The translations under genes and the position numbers were made by a program. Positions 41,434 through 56,330 of a DNA stretch of 64,000 nucleotides are shown here, one piece after another. This DNA is from Octopus vulgaris (lineage: Eukaryota). Numbering within the stretch: position 1 is the first letter of the stretch; each line of letters opens with the position of its first letter. The DNA is taken from contig OX597818.1 in assembly GCA_951406725.2 (NCBI GenBank), positions 112,530,001 to 112,594,000 on the forward strand. Reading direction: 5' to 3'. A model generated the notes under the pieces. That model saw only the letters and a list, made by a program, of their open reading frames with translations, was not told where the DNA came from and ran no database searches.

Positions 41434-43208
41434 ATATTGATATTAATATTAATTGATATAATCGTTTATTATATAGAAATTAAATTACCAGTCTGACATT
41501 CATATCTAATCAATAATTAATTATTAACCGTCTGAAGGAAACGAGCTATCAAAATCTTTGGTACACCGGGCGAAACGCTTAGTCATTTTGTCTGTCCTTG
41601 CGTTAAAATTCCGACGGGGTGGTCTTAGCCTTTCGTCCCTTTCAGGGGATATGTGCTGTAATGGATGACAATGAAAGGAATAAATTCTCCTGAATATAAA
41701 GAGATATTATCCTTAATGATTGAAAGTAAGATAAGCATTTAAGTAATTAAGTCGCAAAGAAATTAAATTAAAACGGATGCGGAGATAGAAAGCAAAAATA
41801 TGGGGAAGCGAATGAAAGCAAAGATGACGAGAGCTTCATAAAATGGGCGCTAGATGAAAAACATGACGGGAAATTTAAGAAATAAATAAGAGGCAGATAT
41901 AATTAGTTGGAATTTATTTAAAATGCTTTGAAGTTGGTGGTCACCATATATGACACCGGATTCATTTGATTATATACACCTGTTGGTATATATACACACA
42001 TGCCACACATTAATACACTGTTTAACTGATAAACTAGTTTACGATGGATTTTATTGAGCACGGGTTAAAACGGGCGATTGCAAATAATTCAGTGCGTTTT
42101 GTTGCTGGAATTAAACTGAGTAGTAAACTCCACTTGTGGAGTTTTTAATTCTTAGGCTGTAATCGTCTGTACATAAACCGAACCTTCTATTCTTGTGAAT
42201 TCTTTATTTGCATCTTTAAAAGTTGTTCACCTTAACTTGAAGTGTATAACATGTTCTTCCAAATGCCAGATATAATTGGAGAAATTCGATTTATTTCTCT
42301 TTCTTCAACGCCTGAAAGGAGAAATACAAGTGAGGCAATGCTATTTAAATTAACCTTCTCTTATTCCTTGCAGAATTTTTTTACTTTGTAAATGTCAACA
42401 AAATCTGGCGATTCAAGACTGTGTATACATATGTCTGTATTAACCTTAACTCGATTGGATAAGTACCTTTGATAGACATAGGCAAAGTTATGTACGCGCT
42501 ATATAAATTTAAACAAAGATATTTTGATCTTGCTTATTCTAGACTAACGTAAAAAGAAAAAAATTCTCTGTAAATCGCCTATAACGGCATTTAAAAGACC
42601 ATTCTTCCGATTTCGGCATCAAAATCAAGTTACCTAAAAATAGATAAAATTCAAATGTCTTCATCCATTTAGTGAGTGTACGTCACTGTACGTAACCTAT
42701 GCCATATTAAATACGTTAGCAGAATATAATATCGGTGATTAAGAATTATTAGGGCATGTTTAAAATATATTTCATATGTTAATTAGATGGAAAGCAAAAA
42801 GTAGAATTCAATTTAATTGTCCTTTGACGCTACAGGCATCGCTGGCTAACTTAATAACACTATGGAGTTTTAAAATTATTTAAGTTCTCATGGGTTCTCT
42901 ACTTTTTCCGCTATCAAATGAACGTTGTTTTTCATATATTTAAATTGTCGCTTCCTTCGCTTCCAGCTGTACAGGTAGTAATCAAACTGCAGGTGATATC
43001 ATTAAAAAAACTTGGCGTTGTTCCGAGAAAAAAATTAGTAAGAAATATATTCTGTAACTTCTCTTTAGTAGCATGTGTTTGTTGTTACTTTGAGTTGTTG
43101 ATGACCTCGACAAAAACATAGGGGACATCAGTATGAACTGTGTTTTCAACTGTTATATGCAAGACATTTTCATACAGGAGTTGTATGAGGAAATTGTTTC
43201 CAGCTCTG

Positions 43209-43245
<37 letters not shown>

Positions 43246-43461
43246 ATGTGTGTGTGTGTGTGTGTGTGTTTGTGTGTGCGTGTATCTTCATATATATATA
43301 TATATATATATAGGTAATTATGAAGATAGACAAATACTATACATTAACTGAACTGTGAATTTTATTTCATTATTTCCTTATTTGCTTATTATCTCTAAAT
43401 ATTCATGTCTACATCTCTTATCTGAATATTTCCATACCAAGATCCTTCATTTTTTCTGTTT

Positions 43462-43538
43462 GTCTCTGATGAGGGAAAACCCCATATTCAGGCATGCTCG
43501 CCTATCACTTGGGATATCCCAGAAACAGATGTTAAAAC
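43462..43538 (+). ncRNA. Degenerate hammerhead-like motif in a ~300-bp element between two (TA)n tracts
   Basis: CTGATGA-GGGA...TCCC-A-GAA-ACAGATGT-T; stem I is decayed. Confidence 0.45.
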
Positions 43539-43608
43539 CTGAAATAATTTAAGAAAAATAATGTATATAATTTGAGATGCTCGTTATGCCTTGGCGTTTG
43601 TTGTCCTC

Positions 43609-43664
<56 letters not shown>

Positions 43665-43666
<2 letters not shown>

Positions 43667-44313
43667 CAAGAATAAGAGAGACGGAGACACTGATGGTCCT
43701 ATGGAAAATATTCGTCCTCAGCCGCTTGGACTACTGCTCCCAAATATGGTCACCACACAATATAAAACTAACAGCAGAACTCGAAGCAATTCAGAGAAGC
43801 TACACAAAGAAAATCGTCTCAATGCAAAATATCAGCTACTGGGAAAGACTGAAGGTATTAAACCTCTTCTCCCTAAAGCGGAGGCGGGAGAGATATGCAG
43901 TGATATACATCTGGAAAATCCTGGAGGGTCTTGTCCCAAACATTGGCATTCAAAGTTACCCCAACCACAGAACAGGGCGCCAATGCATGGTGCCAAAGAT
44001 CCCAACATCACCATCAAAATACAGGTCCAGATACTGCAACAGCTTGGGTTTCAGAGGACCACAGCTCTTTAACATCCTCCCTAAATGCCTGAGAGACTTA
44101 CATGCTGTGGATGTGGGTTTCTTTAAAACTAAACTGGATCTCTTCTTGTCGGGAGTCCCAGATGAACCTACCTCACGACAGGAGACGCAGATGCGGGCAG
44201 CAGCGTCGAATTCCCTTGTTGATCAAGTGCCACGTATCAGAGGTGGATTCACATATTAGTGTAGCTCATTCAGCGGTGGTGCCCCAGCATGGCCGCGGCC
44301 TCCGGGCTAAAAC
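43665..44313 (+). mobile_element. 5'-truncated CR1-group LINE, 3' end
   Basis: FVLSRLDYCSQIWSP...SYWERLKVLNLFSLKRRRERY...FKTKLDLFLSGVPDEP; clearly homologous to 24812-26285. Confidence 0.92.
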
Positions 44314-44382
44314 ATTTTAAAGGATTTTTATTTATATATATATATATATATGTGTGTGTATATGTATATATATATGTATATA

Positions 44383-44444
<62 letters not shown>

Positions 44445-45564
44445 CATGTATATATGTATGTACAATATCATAATGCATCAAGTGACATATTATGATATAT
44501 TGTATTATATTATATTACATAATGTTATATCTTAGATGAGCCAGTGTTTTATTTGCCCCAGTTTCGGCTGTCAGCGAAAAGGAACTGAACATGCGTATCC
44601 ACAGCGGAAACTCACGGGTGTATGGGACTCCGTCAGTGTCGAGTACTTTCTGATCGACACTCAACAGTAAACGGAGATATCGGTATGTGTGAGTATGCTC
44701 ATATATAGTTGTGTGTGTGCGTGTATGTCTTTGCATGTGTGTGTTTATGCGTGTCAATATTCTGCAATGATGTTACTTGCAGGGAAAATTGCTATGTATT
44801 CAATTTTACAATCTCTCAAAGGATACGTATTTTATGATCGTATTGCCTGTTAGATGAGAGAAATTTCACATCACTATCAGCAGCAATCATGGAAGCTTTC
44901 ATTTTAGTTGATTACAAATCGTTTCATTAAATAGAGCTGGCTGAATATTAACACATTTATTATTAGTTATTTTCTAATTCTTCCACTGTGTTTGTTTTCC
45001 AGAACCAGATCAGATCTGATCCAACATTTCCAATCATCTTCTTTCTGTATGTACAGAATAAAAACACAGAGTCGAAAGTTGAAGCAAATACGATACTCAA
45101 CGCGAATATATTTCGGAGTCACTACACATATGTAATATAAATGCAAATGCTACTGTATATCATTATGTTTTTTGGCAGGGACTGATAATGCAATAATAAG
45201 GCAATTATTTTATTGGTAGATATCCAAACATATCATATGGTTGATTATCTTTCATAGCAACACGAGTTTTTTTTTTTTTATGAAATCTTAAAATCACATT
45301 GCAAGTCACTGGTCTTATTCCTTGAAAGAAATTGGAAAAAAGACATTCAGTCTTCAAACGCCACACTACAAAAACTGTTTTGCGACCAGAATTGTGCCAA
45401 CAGTCAAATGCTTTTAAATGCCCATCAGTATACAATTTTACACATAAATTTTCAATTTGTAATTATTTATCACAGCTGAATATGAACTTGCGATCTTTTA
45501 TAACTGTGATCCACCGACTTCCCGTCCTTCCGGTGTCTACGATTATATCTTTTCTGTAAACATA

Positions 45565-45665
45565 GCGCAGGAGTGACTGTGTGGTAAGTAGCTTACTTAA
45601 CAACCACATGGTTCCGGGTTCAGTCCCACTGCGTGGAAGATTGGGCAAGTGTTTCTACTATAGCA
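45565..45665 (+). mobile_element. SINE family B head fragment
   Basis: Matches 59562-59660. A similar head lies at about 37015-37125. Confidence 0.75.
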
Positions 45666-48217
45666 GACATTGTTGATCATAACAGAGGATGCTAAAGATA
45701 AAAGTAACAACGGTGTTGAATGAAATTTATTGAACGACGTAATCAGGGTTGAAATACAGTCATTTAAATTCTAATTACATTTTAGCCATTATGCTCAACT
45801 CTTATTCGATCACAACAACCATATGGGAATTGTGATTACAAGATAAGTTCACCTTGCAGTCAGGCCTACAACAGCAGTGTGTAATTAACGAGCGCTTCAT
45901 TAGTGTCCAGTATTTAATTTAAGTCCGAGTAGACATGGAATCGGTGAACGTTATCTCCATTTTCCACCTTGAGAACAATGCCAATACATTCACGTTATTA
46001 TTCTAAAATTAGTTGTGTTGATAAATGATACAGTATTGTTCATTTCGAGGTAAATTATGAAGTGATGAGGCTGTTATATATTGTATTTTCATGAAGTTTC
46101 CTATTACCTGATCTACAGTGTGATTTAAAGAAAAATTCACTTTACTAATTTGTTTGAGAATATTGTATGAGATAATTAGCTGTTCATAAGAATCTCAAAA
46201 CTAAGTCCATTGTCTCGGAGATAAATACTTTGCAAATCAGCCCGTGATCGGTGATCACTTGCTGATAAGCTGTAATTTAACCAACAGCAGGATGTCATCG
46301 AATGAACATTAGCGACGATAAATAATTTGCAAAGTTAAGTTATATTGTCCGCCAGATGTTGTACGTTTATGTAATACATTGCAAGCGAATTTATAAAGAA
46401 AATATGATGTATTTATAATAGTAATTAAATCATAATGATAGCGTGAATTACAAGCTGCCTTCAACAAGATCTGTTGAAATGTGCTCGGATTAGTGTACTC
46501 TTTCGTTTTTTGATTTTATAGGGAAATTATAGTTTTAGCTTCGTCCTAATGAATTGCACAATCTCTTCCATATGGTAACGTGGATATAAAATGTAAATAT
46601 ACACTGGGATGCTTCTTGAAAAATTATTCCTTGGATGGTTAATCTGTGGCTATTAGTCACAAGCGAAATGTGCGATTTCAGAGAAAAATTACGTCGAAGT
46701 AAGAATCCCCGACTTACATCCTGTTTGCGTGATTATAAAGTGTTCAATACTGCAAGAAATATTCTTTCTATGTGTCTTATATAATGATTATATTCTAGCA
46801 GTTGAACATTTTCCATGTAATAAACTGATATTCTTAAGTTAAAAATCAACAATTAGGGGTCCTTAAAATAATGGAAGGGAAATACTTATATGTTAGTTGA
46901 AAAAATAGTTTCACTTATGTGCTAAAATGGTTACCATATTTGACAGTAGCGAAACCCGGTTCGTATATATTCCAGTCATTATACCAATTGCAACGACGAA
47001 GGATATTTGCAGGATTATTAATGAGAGTACTTGATTGTATGTTGGTATATGAAAATACACTGTATTAAGGAACAAATCAATCAGACCCCCACCCAATATT
47101 CTTTTTAAAAATATCTCTATCTATAGCTAGTCGTCAGCTATACTGAATTTGAAATGAATTTGTTGTCCACCACCACTTGAGAACCAGTGTTGGTGTGTTT
47201 ACGTCCCTATAATGTCGCGATTCGGCAAAGACAACAAGAGAATAAGTACCGGGCTTACAAATAAAAGTAAAAAAAGAAAAAGAAAGATGTATTGGCGGTC
47301 GATTTATTCGACTGAAATTTCTCGAAGGCGATTCCCCAGCACAGCCGCAGTGTTATGGCTGAAGTAGTACTAAGCTAGAAGATATATCGTATAGTGATTA
47401 TTATAACTGAAGACGTGAGCCAAAGATAAGAACTATACTACTGAATTGAAAGGCTTAAGGACAGGTAAAGTACAATAATGGAAACTAAAATAGCAAGTAG
47501 AAAAGAAGTAAACTCTTTGCTTTCCATACGTTTGTGGTCGATAAAACTGAGCACCGGGGCCGATGTGATTGACTTAGATCCCATTCCCATCCATCCGAAA
47601 TTGCTGGCTTTGTGCCAAAACTTGAAACCAATATTTATTCCTCTCTCCATTTATTCAGTTTCACAACAAAGCCAGTAGCAATATTTATCATTTCATTCTT
47701 GTGAGTGCTGTTTCGGTCCTACATTGCATATGTGTTGCGTTTCAAACTGTGCCATATTTATGTATGTACAGGCCAATTCAGAAAAAGAATGTAGTGTGTG
47801 TTTTGAGGGAAATTATCTCTTATTTCTAACATGTCGACAGTTACGCACAAAATATCAGTATCTTCTTCAGAATTCTTCTCCAGGAGATCATTTGTAGAGA
47901 AGTCAATAATTCAGATCAATATTTAAATCTTTATATTCATTTAATTGCGTACATCATTTCTCTGTGGAAATTCCACTGTCATTATTTTCATTCTTTGCTA
48001 ATGAGCTAACACTTTTCAAGCCTACTGTCCATACATTTGTTCGCTTGCATTTTGATTATCCCTGTCTCACGAAGAATTGCAGTAAATGTTCACCAGAATA
48101 TTATATGTTGACAATACCTATTCAGATTCAAACATGAATGTAATTGCAATGCATACATGCATAAATACATACACGCTTATATTACACATATAAGTACATA
48201 TGTATGTATGTATATAT

Positions 48218-48269
<52 letters not shown>

Positions 48270-48276
48270 TTCTAAC

Positions 48277-48322
48277 AAAACTGTCCGACGAACGGGAACG
48301 TGAAACTCTGAGTAACAGTTTT
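48277..48322 (+). ncRNA. Near-canonical minimal type I hammerhead ribozyme motif
   Basis: AAAACTGT-CCGACGA-ACG(GGAA)CGT-GAA-ACTC(T)GAGT-A-ACAGTTTT: 8-bp stem I, GNRA-capped stem II, GUA site, one core change (U4C). Confidence 0.8.
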
Positions 48323-48384
48323 TTGTGATTTTCTGCTGCTTGTAATAAAACATATTATTCTACCTCTGGTAGATTAATATGCTC

Positions 48385-48760
48385 TCCACATCATCCTTAC
48401 AGTTTCGGCCGACTACACGTGAGACTGTTCAAATCTGGCTCCCCCGAAAACATCTAAGCTAAGAGCATTATATTTGGTGGGAGAAAGAAAGAGAATGTGT
48501 ACGACAACAAAGACAAAAATTCTGAGATGTATCACAATTAGAAATACAAGCATCAAGAAAATAACAGCATGTGTCTTTCGATCAATAAAGACGAATCAAG
48601 TTGAGTTGGTGTGTGTAGAGTGAAAGCCTTAAGGCAGGAACATAGGAGTTGAACATAAGAGATGAAAATCATGAAACGGCGATATAAGCGATGCTTAGTA
48701 TGCAGATGGCAGTGAGCAGAGACTAGCGACGAAGCACAACCAGGCAGAATGAAGCATGAT
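48385..48760 (-). mobile_element. Structured repeat, family P copy 3 (diverged, truncated)
   Basis: 48385-48560 aligns by eye with 49520-49680. The right boundary is uncertain. Confidence 0.5.
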
Positions 48761-48829
48761 GTGTACTGTTCTCATTGCCGCTTCTCTATAATTTACCTTT
48801 GCTACAAAAATAGTTTGTATTTATAAACG

Positions 48830-48905
<76 letters not shown>

Positions 48906-48929
48906 AACAATGTCTGTGTGTATTATTTT

Positions 48930-49297
48930 CTTCTTTTATTTGTTTCAGTCATTTGACTGCGGCCATGCTAGAGCGCCGCCTTTAGTTGAGCAAATCGATC
49001 GCAGGACTTATTCTTTGTAAGCCTAATACCTATTCTATTGGTCTCTTTTCCCGAACCGCTAAACACACCAACATCGGTTATTAATAGATGTTGAGCGGAA
49101 AATCATACACACACACACACACATACATATTTATACAACGGGCTTCTTTCGGTTTCCGTCTACCAAATACAACCACAAGGCTTTGGCTGGCCTGAACCTA
49201 TAGTGGAAGATACTTGCCCAAGGTGCTACACAGATGGACTGAAAGAGAAGCATGTGGTTGTGAAGCAGGCCACCTACCACACTGCCACTCCTGCGCC
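48930..49297 (-). mobile_element. SINE family B
   Basis: Reverse complement matches 59562-59978. Confidence 0.85.
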
Positions 49298-49326
49298 TAT
49301 GATGTATATATTTATATATATATCTT

Positions 49327-49401
<75 letters not shown>

Positions 49402-49405
<4 letters not shown>

Positions 49406-49795
49406 CAAAATGCAAAACATCCGGAAAACTAGGTGATACAAAAAGGGACAACTAAACATCCAGATAGGCGATACTAAAAAAACAAGGACGCATCATTCGA
49501 AGCTTTCTATTCTCAGTCAAGAACCAGATAATCCTCGCAATTTCGGCTGATTAATATTAAGATTTCTCCAATCTGGTCAACCCCAAGGAAAAATTGAGCC
49601 AAAAGCATTAGATTCCTGGGAAGAAAGCATTGAATGTGTACGAAAACAAGAGCGGAAAAACATACAATGTTACACAAATATAAATACAAAATACAGTACA
49701 AAACACAGTAAAAAAACATAAATACAAAATACAGTATAAAACACAGTAAAAAAACATAAATACAAAATACAAAAAAAAAAATAATAATAACAGGA
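49402..49795 (-). mobile_element. Structured repeat, family P copy 4, abutting (TA)n
   Basis: Homologous to 8283 and 28176; includes a ~39-bp tandem duplication at about 49680-49770. Confidence 0.6.
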
Positions 49796-51046
49796 CATCA
49801 GTTGAATAAAGTTAAATGGTCTGGCTTTCACGTTCCTCAGTATTGCATTTTCAATTTTTTTTACACATTACGGAATTGATAGCTGGGTAATTTATTTCTC
49901 TTCGTAATATATAAGTGATTATTCTCTGTATGGTCAGAAAAAAGATGTGCAACCGATTATTGAGGAAATGTACAAGTTTTGAAACTGCTCCTGTCGATCT
50001 CATGCTTTATTCACACTTGATCTCTCAAATTGTTTGTAATTTCAGTTTATTCATCGACGTTTTGTTGACAATAGATTATGTTAAACGTAACGGGGAGATA
50101 TTGAGGAAGTAGGAACAGGATATTGGCCGCGGACTTAATCAAGCACAGAAATGAATGTTTACAAAGTCTTTACTGCTTCGGAACTCAAAATGAATAAAGT
50201 ATATTTTAGAAATATAATGAAATATTAAGAACTGAACCCGTTATATGTTATTAAGTATCATTACGTTTCCAAATAGAAACGGCAATATATAATATTGTCG
50301 ATGGAATGTCAAAAAATATCACTGATTCTTGAATGCATTTATATTTTATCAGCAACGAAATGTGAAAAGGAAATTTGCCGATGTAAACACAAACATAAAG
50401 AATAATCACAAAAAAAATCTCTGTTTTCCCTAAAATATTGTGGTTGGTACTCTACTGATTCTTCTACTTCAACACCCATCTTTGCAAGAATAAATTTAAA
50501 GTAATATTTTGCTAAAAAGACAAAAACAAGGCAAGCGTTGTAGAGCGAGAAATGTGCTCACAGGGAAACCTCTAGCATGACGGATTATTAACTCTCGGTT
50601 GGATAATTTTCAATTCCCTCACTTCAGTTTTACTTGTAGCAATCGCATTAACGTCATCGCTAATCAATTACCATCCTTTTAAAGTAATACTTCATTCTCT
50701 ATGGTTCCTAAGCAAGATATTCGACGCAGTATTTGAATTGTGGAGCTCTAGTGAAACCGGCTTGTTTCGAATCTGCAGCAAATTGAATTCATTTAAACAA
50801 GGAAGACTAAGAAAATGTAAGAAGAAAATATTACAATACATGCGATATATAATTGTGATGCATATTTCCAACTCGTCTTGACTCTCCTTTCATTACTCAG
50901 TGAAGAAATGAAATAGATCTCACCGTTCCTTAGTATTTGGTGATAATCATTAAAAGTGACAGTCGATATTATAACTCAAAGCTCCGATAAATCACAGGCA
51001 CAGTTGCCGTGTGTAGGTGACACCTTTTCAAGTCTCTATTCATGTT

Positions 51047-51403
51047 GTGGCCCTCCCTCAGTTACTACGACGAGGGTTCAAGTTGATCCGATTAACGGAA
51101 CAGCCTGTTCGTGAAATTAACGTGCAAGTGGCTGAGAACTCCACAGACAAGTCTACCTTGAACGTAGTTCTTCGGGTGATTCAGCGCGACAAAGAGTGTG
51201 ATAGGGCTGGCCCTTTGAAATACAGGTACAACAGAAACAGGAAGGAAGAGTGAGAGAAAGTTGTGGTGAAAGAGTACAGCAGGAGTCGCCCCCCACTGCC
51301 GCAACCTCGTGACGCTTTGGGTGTTTTCGCTCAATGAACACTCACAACGCCCAGGCTGGATGTCGAAACCGCGATCCCATGACCGCGTGTCTGCTGCGCC
51401 TCC
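51047..51403 (-). mobile_element. SINE family C
   Basis: Matches the other family C copies. Confidence 0.85.
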
Positions 51404-51406
51404 ACC

Positions 51407-51575
<169 letters not shown>

Positions 51576-51576
51576 T

Positions 51577-51653
51577 ATTCAAGTCACTGCCTGGAATCTA
51601 ACTCGGAATCTTGGGGTTAGTAGTCCGCGTTCTTAGCCACTACTCCGTATGCC
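51577..51653 (-). mobile_element. Minimal tRNA-like SINE or tRNA pseudogene with a trinucleotide tail
   Basis: Reverse complement GGCATACGGAGTAGTGGCTAAG...GAGTTAGATTCC has A/B-box-like motifs, no intact acceptor stem, and runs into (TAC)n(AAT)n. Confidence 0.6.
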
Positions 51654-52129
51654 ATATGTTTCTCTAATTTTACAGGAAAGAAAGAGTAAGATTCTCCACC
51701 ATTTTTAAGAACGATGGCTCGTTAAATTCTAACGAGTAGACACTGCTCTAGAGCTGCAATGATATCCTCCCTTCTGATTAGAATCTAAATTATGGCACAG
51801 ACTGATAGGTCATATCCGTATATACAGCAGAATGGCTGTTTTGTTTATTAAGGTATTTCCTTTAGAACGGCTGACTTTCACATCGTTTGTGCAGCTCTGA
51901 GATACCATTTGTTTGACTTTTGATTTTAGTTGCTTTACTTTCACGGTGGGTTCCTCACTTATGTCTTAACTCCATTGCAGTCCCGGCGCTCTTTTATATA
52001 CTTTACATATTTAAAAATAAAATATGTAATTTTTTATTTAGTTTCTTGGTACTTTTATTTTCGCCGTGAGCTTCAAGAAAAACATTTATTGATATTCTTC
52101 AAACAGTTTTGCTGTATTTCGGCATAGTT

Positions 52130-53200
52130 CCAGCTGTGTCCTTCCACATCCTTTTCTGAGATATAAATCTGTCATCATCTGTTTTTCAGTGAAAATCTTG
52201 CGTATTTTTGTGTTATTTTTGACAGATTATTTTATGATATTAACATGCTTAGCCAGAGTATCGATGGTCTCACTCCAATTTATTGCATTGATCTCACATT
52301 TTAGTATATAATTTACCTGTACGATGATATTTTTACGTTTATCCTAGTGCATTTGCGAGTGCTGGATGCTATCCCCTCAAATACACCCAAAAGATTATGC
52401 TTTTCCTTGGGATCTAATTCTTTAATATGGCAGTCCCGTCCTGTGGTACGGTATTGGGTTTCATTTTCTGTTTCCTTTAAAAAATAGCTTTAAAACATTT
52501 ATCGATGTCAAACGCCATTTTATTATCGTTAGTAAACAGTTGTCTTAAAGTTAAAAGCCGTTCAGATTTTTGATCAAATTTGCCAAAATCTTTTGATCAT
52601 CCATGTGGAGGAGGTGTTTTATCGATCTATCTTGTATTCTGTAACCAAGCCGTGTGTGATTTAAGAACATACTTAGAGAAATAAGAGATTTTAAGAAGAC
52701 GAATAGTTATAAATAACGGGTTGGAGAATGTCGTATTTTACATTAACATCACCAGTGTTTAGACTAGCTGCCATTCATATCACCTTCATACTATTCTCTG
52801 GAAACGAATGAATAACCGATATGATTTTGTAGATTTCCATGCATTACTCAACCCAACAATGCTGAAGATTACCAAACGCTTTTCTGCTGCTAATCCATGC
52901 AATGGGAATATTTTTATGTCGTATATCGTAGATCATCATTATATAAATTAGAAGATAGTCCTTACACTCATACAATCCACATTTACAACATTCTTGACCG
53001 ATGAGGATTGTCTTGTTGTCCATCAGAAAGGTATGCGTGTATCCAGTAATGATGGATATTCGCAGATTAATTTTCAAAACTTCTGTACTTCCTTCACAGT
53101 GAATATCGTTTTAACAGGTACCGTAGCTTTAGTAACTTTTCTTAAGGGGCCTTTAGGAGAGTTTTGGAACAATTATTTGCTTGTTATTCTTTCATAAATT
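52130..53200 (-). pseudogene. Heavily decayed RT region of an R4/Dong-like non-LTR element
   Basis: AWISSRKAFGNLQHCWV (cf. WIDYxKAFDSVPHxW) and HLLHMDDQK (cf. HLLYMDDLK) occur in the expected order. Confidence 0.65.
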
Positions 53201-53231
53201 CATTGATTCCATTTATCATCCTTTTTATACA

Positions 53232-53601
53232 TGGAGGCACAGTGGTCCAGTGGTTAGGACAGCGTACTCGCGGTCGTAGAATCGCGGTTTCGATCTCCAG
53301 ACCGGGTGTTGTGAGTGTTTATTGAGCGAAAATACTTGAAGCTCCACAATGCTCCGGCAGGGGTGGGTGGCGAACCTGCTGTACTCTTTCACCACAAATT
53401 ATTCTGACTGTTTCTGTTGTACCTGTATTTCAAAAGGGCCAGCCTTGTCACACTTTGTGTGACGCTGAATTTTCCCGAGAACTACATTAAGGGTACACGT
53501 GACGGTCGAGTACTCAGCCACTTGCACGTTAATTTGATGAGCAGGTTGTTCCGTTGATCGGATCAACTGGAACCCTCGTCGTCGTAACCGACAGAGTGCC
53601 A
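53232..53601 (+). mobile_element. SINE family C, full length
   Basis: GGAGGCACAGTGGTCCAGTGGTTAGG...GGTTTCGATCTCC head plus the family C body. Confidence 0.88.
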
Positions 53602-54250
53602 CGACAATTTTCATACGATTCCTTTTCCGTTCCTTATCTTTTAATACCTTAACGATTTCTATGAATTTTATGTTCCTGAGAAATATGTGATCCATGTACA
53701 TTAATATCATTTCTCTTATACTGTTATCCTGCTTAAATGTTGCGTTTCATAAGCTTGAGTACCGCACGGTACCAGTGCTTCTTTAGTCCGCAGCATGGAA
53801 TAGATTATTCAGCGGAGTTAGATGAACATCATTTTCATTCAACATGTATTTTCAGCTCCAGCAATGTTACTTATCATTCTAGCATTTTAATTGGAGATAT
53901 TTGGAATGTAATTGCGACTACGAGGATCGATGCATTTATCTTTCAAACACTTGAATAGAATTTTTGTCCTGAGATTGTCAAATCCAGTATCAGTGTTTCC
54001 CTTAGCCCCATAATGAAAGGTCTCAAACTTGATTTCATTAACCAGTCTCTTTCGTTATTCCTGCATCATTTTCACACTGACGGGATGTTCGTGTCATTAT
54101 TTGCATTCTCATTAGTATTGCTATTTGCCGAAACATATATTTGGATCGGTTGAATAATCGTATCAGCCAACAGCTTAGTGTTGATAGACTGTAAGCAATA
54201 GCTAATCTACATATGCCTGTGTTTGATCTTTAATTCATCTTTATGTCATT

Positions 54251-54900
54251 GGTTTCAGCCCATGGCTGAAGTCATACTGTTGCACCGCCTGTAGTTACCC
54301 GGTGTTGTTTCTGGTATTTTTTTTTGGGGGGGGGGGAAGTAGCGAATTGGACGGATCTGCTCTTCTTTGCATCTCCTAACACCTGTCCAGAAACCTGTCC
54401 AGACATTCCTTGAAAACTTTCATATTAACACCATATAGATCCCTAAGGTTGCCTGGAAGGATGCTGAACAATTGCGGGTCCTTGAAACCCAGGATATTGC
54501 AGTACTGTGTCCTTAGTTTTAGAGTGGGAAGACGGGATCTTTGGTATGAAGCAATGCTGCCCAGTTCGAGGATTGCTATAGCTTTCTATTCCCAAATTAG
54601 GAGCTACACCCTCCAAAATCTTTCAAATATATATCACCGCATATCTCTCTTGTCTTCTCTCCAGAGAATAGAGACTCAGCTCATTTGGCCTCTCCCAGTA
54701 GCCCATCTTTTGCATCGAGTCTATCTTCTTTGTGTATTGGCGCTGGATTGTTTCGAGTTCCACACTTTGTTTCACACTCACTGGGGACTCTAGTTGGGAA
54801 AACTAGTCCAAGCAACTGAGAACGGAAGTCTTCCATATGGGTAGCAGGGCTTCTCTTTTCCTGGTTCTGAATGTCCTAAGAATCCATCCAGCCACTTGCC
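54251..54900 (-). mobile_element. Decayed CR1-group LINE, 3' end
   Basis: Homologous to 43665-44313 (LGFQGPAIVQHP, YSLEKTR remnants) with the same 3' terminal hairpin. Confidence 0.8.
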
Positions 54901-55862
54901 TTGACAGTAGCTCTGTTGATATCGTTTCCCTTCGCCCAGTTTAAGTATATGTTGGCCTTGAGATATCACAAGACGTTGTTTTCCGTCCCTCGTCAATTTT
55001 TGCCTTCGGTTACCCTTATTAAGTGCAGATGCTATGCATAAAAGGGCATTGTACCGAGGTATCCTAGAAAGGGGAGATTTCGTTCATGTTCACTGGGAAA
55101 AGATCGAATTACTTGCTCACTGTCCTTATGACTAAAATATACTGTAATAGTGATCTCAGCGGGTGAGGATAATGGGGGCTGGGGGCAATGAACCGTATCC
55201 TGTTTTTCCCTTTATCTAACATTACTAGCGGTAGTATTATAATATTATGCGATAATTCTTGGTACTCACAGTTCTTTGAGGATAACGTATTAGGCATTTT
55301 TATCTCTCGAAACTAAAAATCATTTGTGTGAATCACTAGAATATATTTATTCCAAGTGAACATATTACAGATGTATTAAAATAGAATTCCTCTTTGCAGC
55401 TTTAAGAGAATAATTATCAGTATTTGTTTTGGAGTAATTCATTTTCTTCTTTAAAACTCCGGATGTTCACTGTTATTCGGAATAGACTTGGGTCTCCGAG
55501 CAATTATATATAGAATAGGCTTTGCAAAACTCAATACTAATGTAATAATATGACAGGGAGAAAAACACACAAAATAAAACGCATTATGCCATTTGAATAC
55601 CATATAAACAATACATGCATTGCATCTAATTTGCAAATCATTTCGCTAATATTATGTTTTCTAAATTCGTTACATTCCATATTTTCGCTTGATAACCAAG
55701 ACGTTAGTTGCATAAATATGATTGGCCGAATTGTTTCGCCTGCCATTTCACAGAGTCGATTAGGATTCAATAATGACAAATTACCGATTATGTGACAGAT
55801 GTTGAGAACCTATAAACAATATTTCTTTTTAATACCGGAGAATATTAAATGATACATATACA

Positions 55863-55924
<62 letters not shown>

Positions 55925-55984
55925 CGTCTTTCTATCTATCTATATATATATCTATCTGTTTGTCTGTCTGTCGCTCTCTTTCTT

Positions 55985-56060
<76 letters not shown>

Positions 56061-56330
56061 AGAAAGAGGTGAGAGAGACAGTGACAGACAGATGGAGGCA
56101 TGGATATATTGATACAAATAAATGCATACATATTCTTAGGATTAATATACAAAAAATATACATACATATACACATGTAAATATATATATAGTGTTATATA
56201 GAAAGAAAATAACTCATGATATTCAGATGATCATTCATGTATAAGTCAAAAGATATTTGTGTGTTTACAGAGCAGATGTACACGGAGTATAAAAGATACG
56301 GAAATATAATAGGAGAGGGTATAGTGTTTC

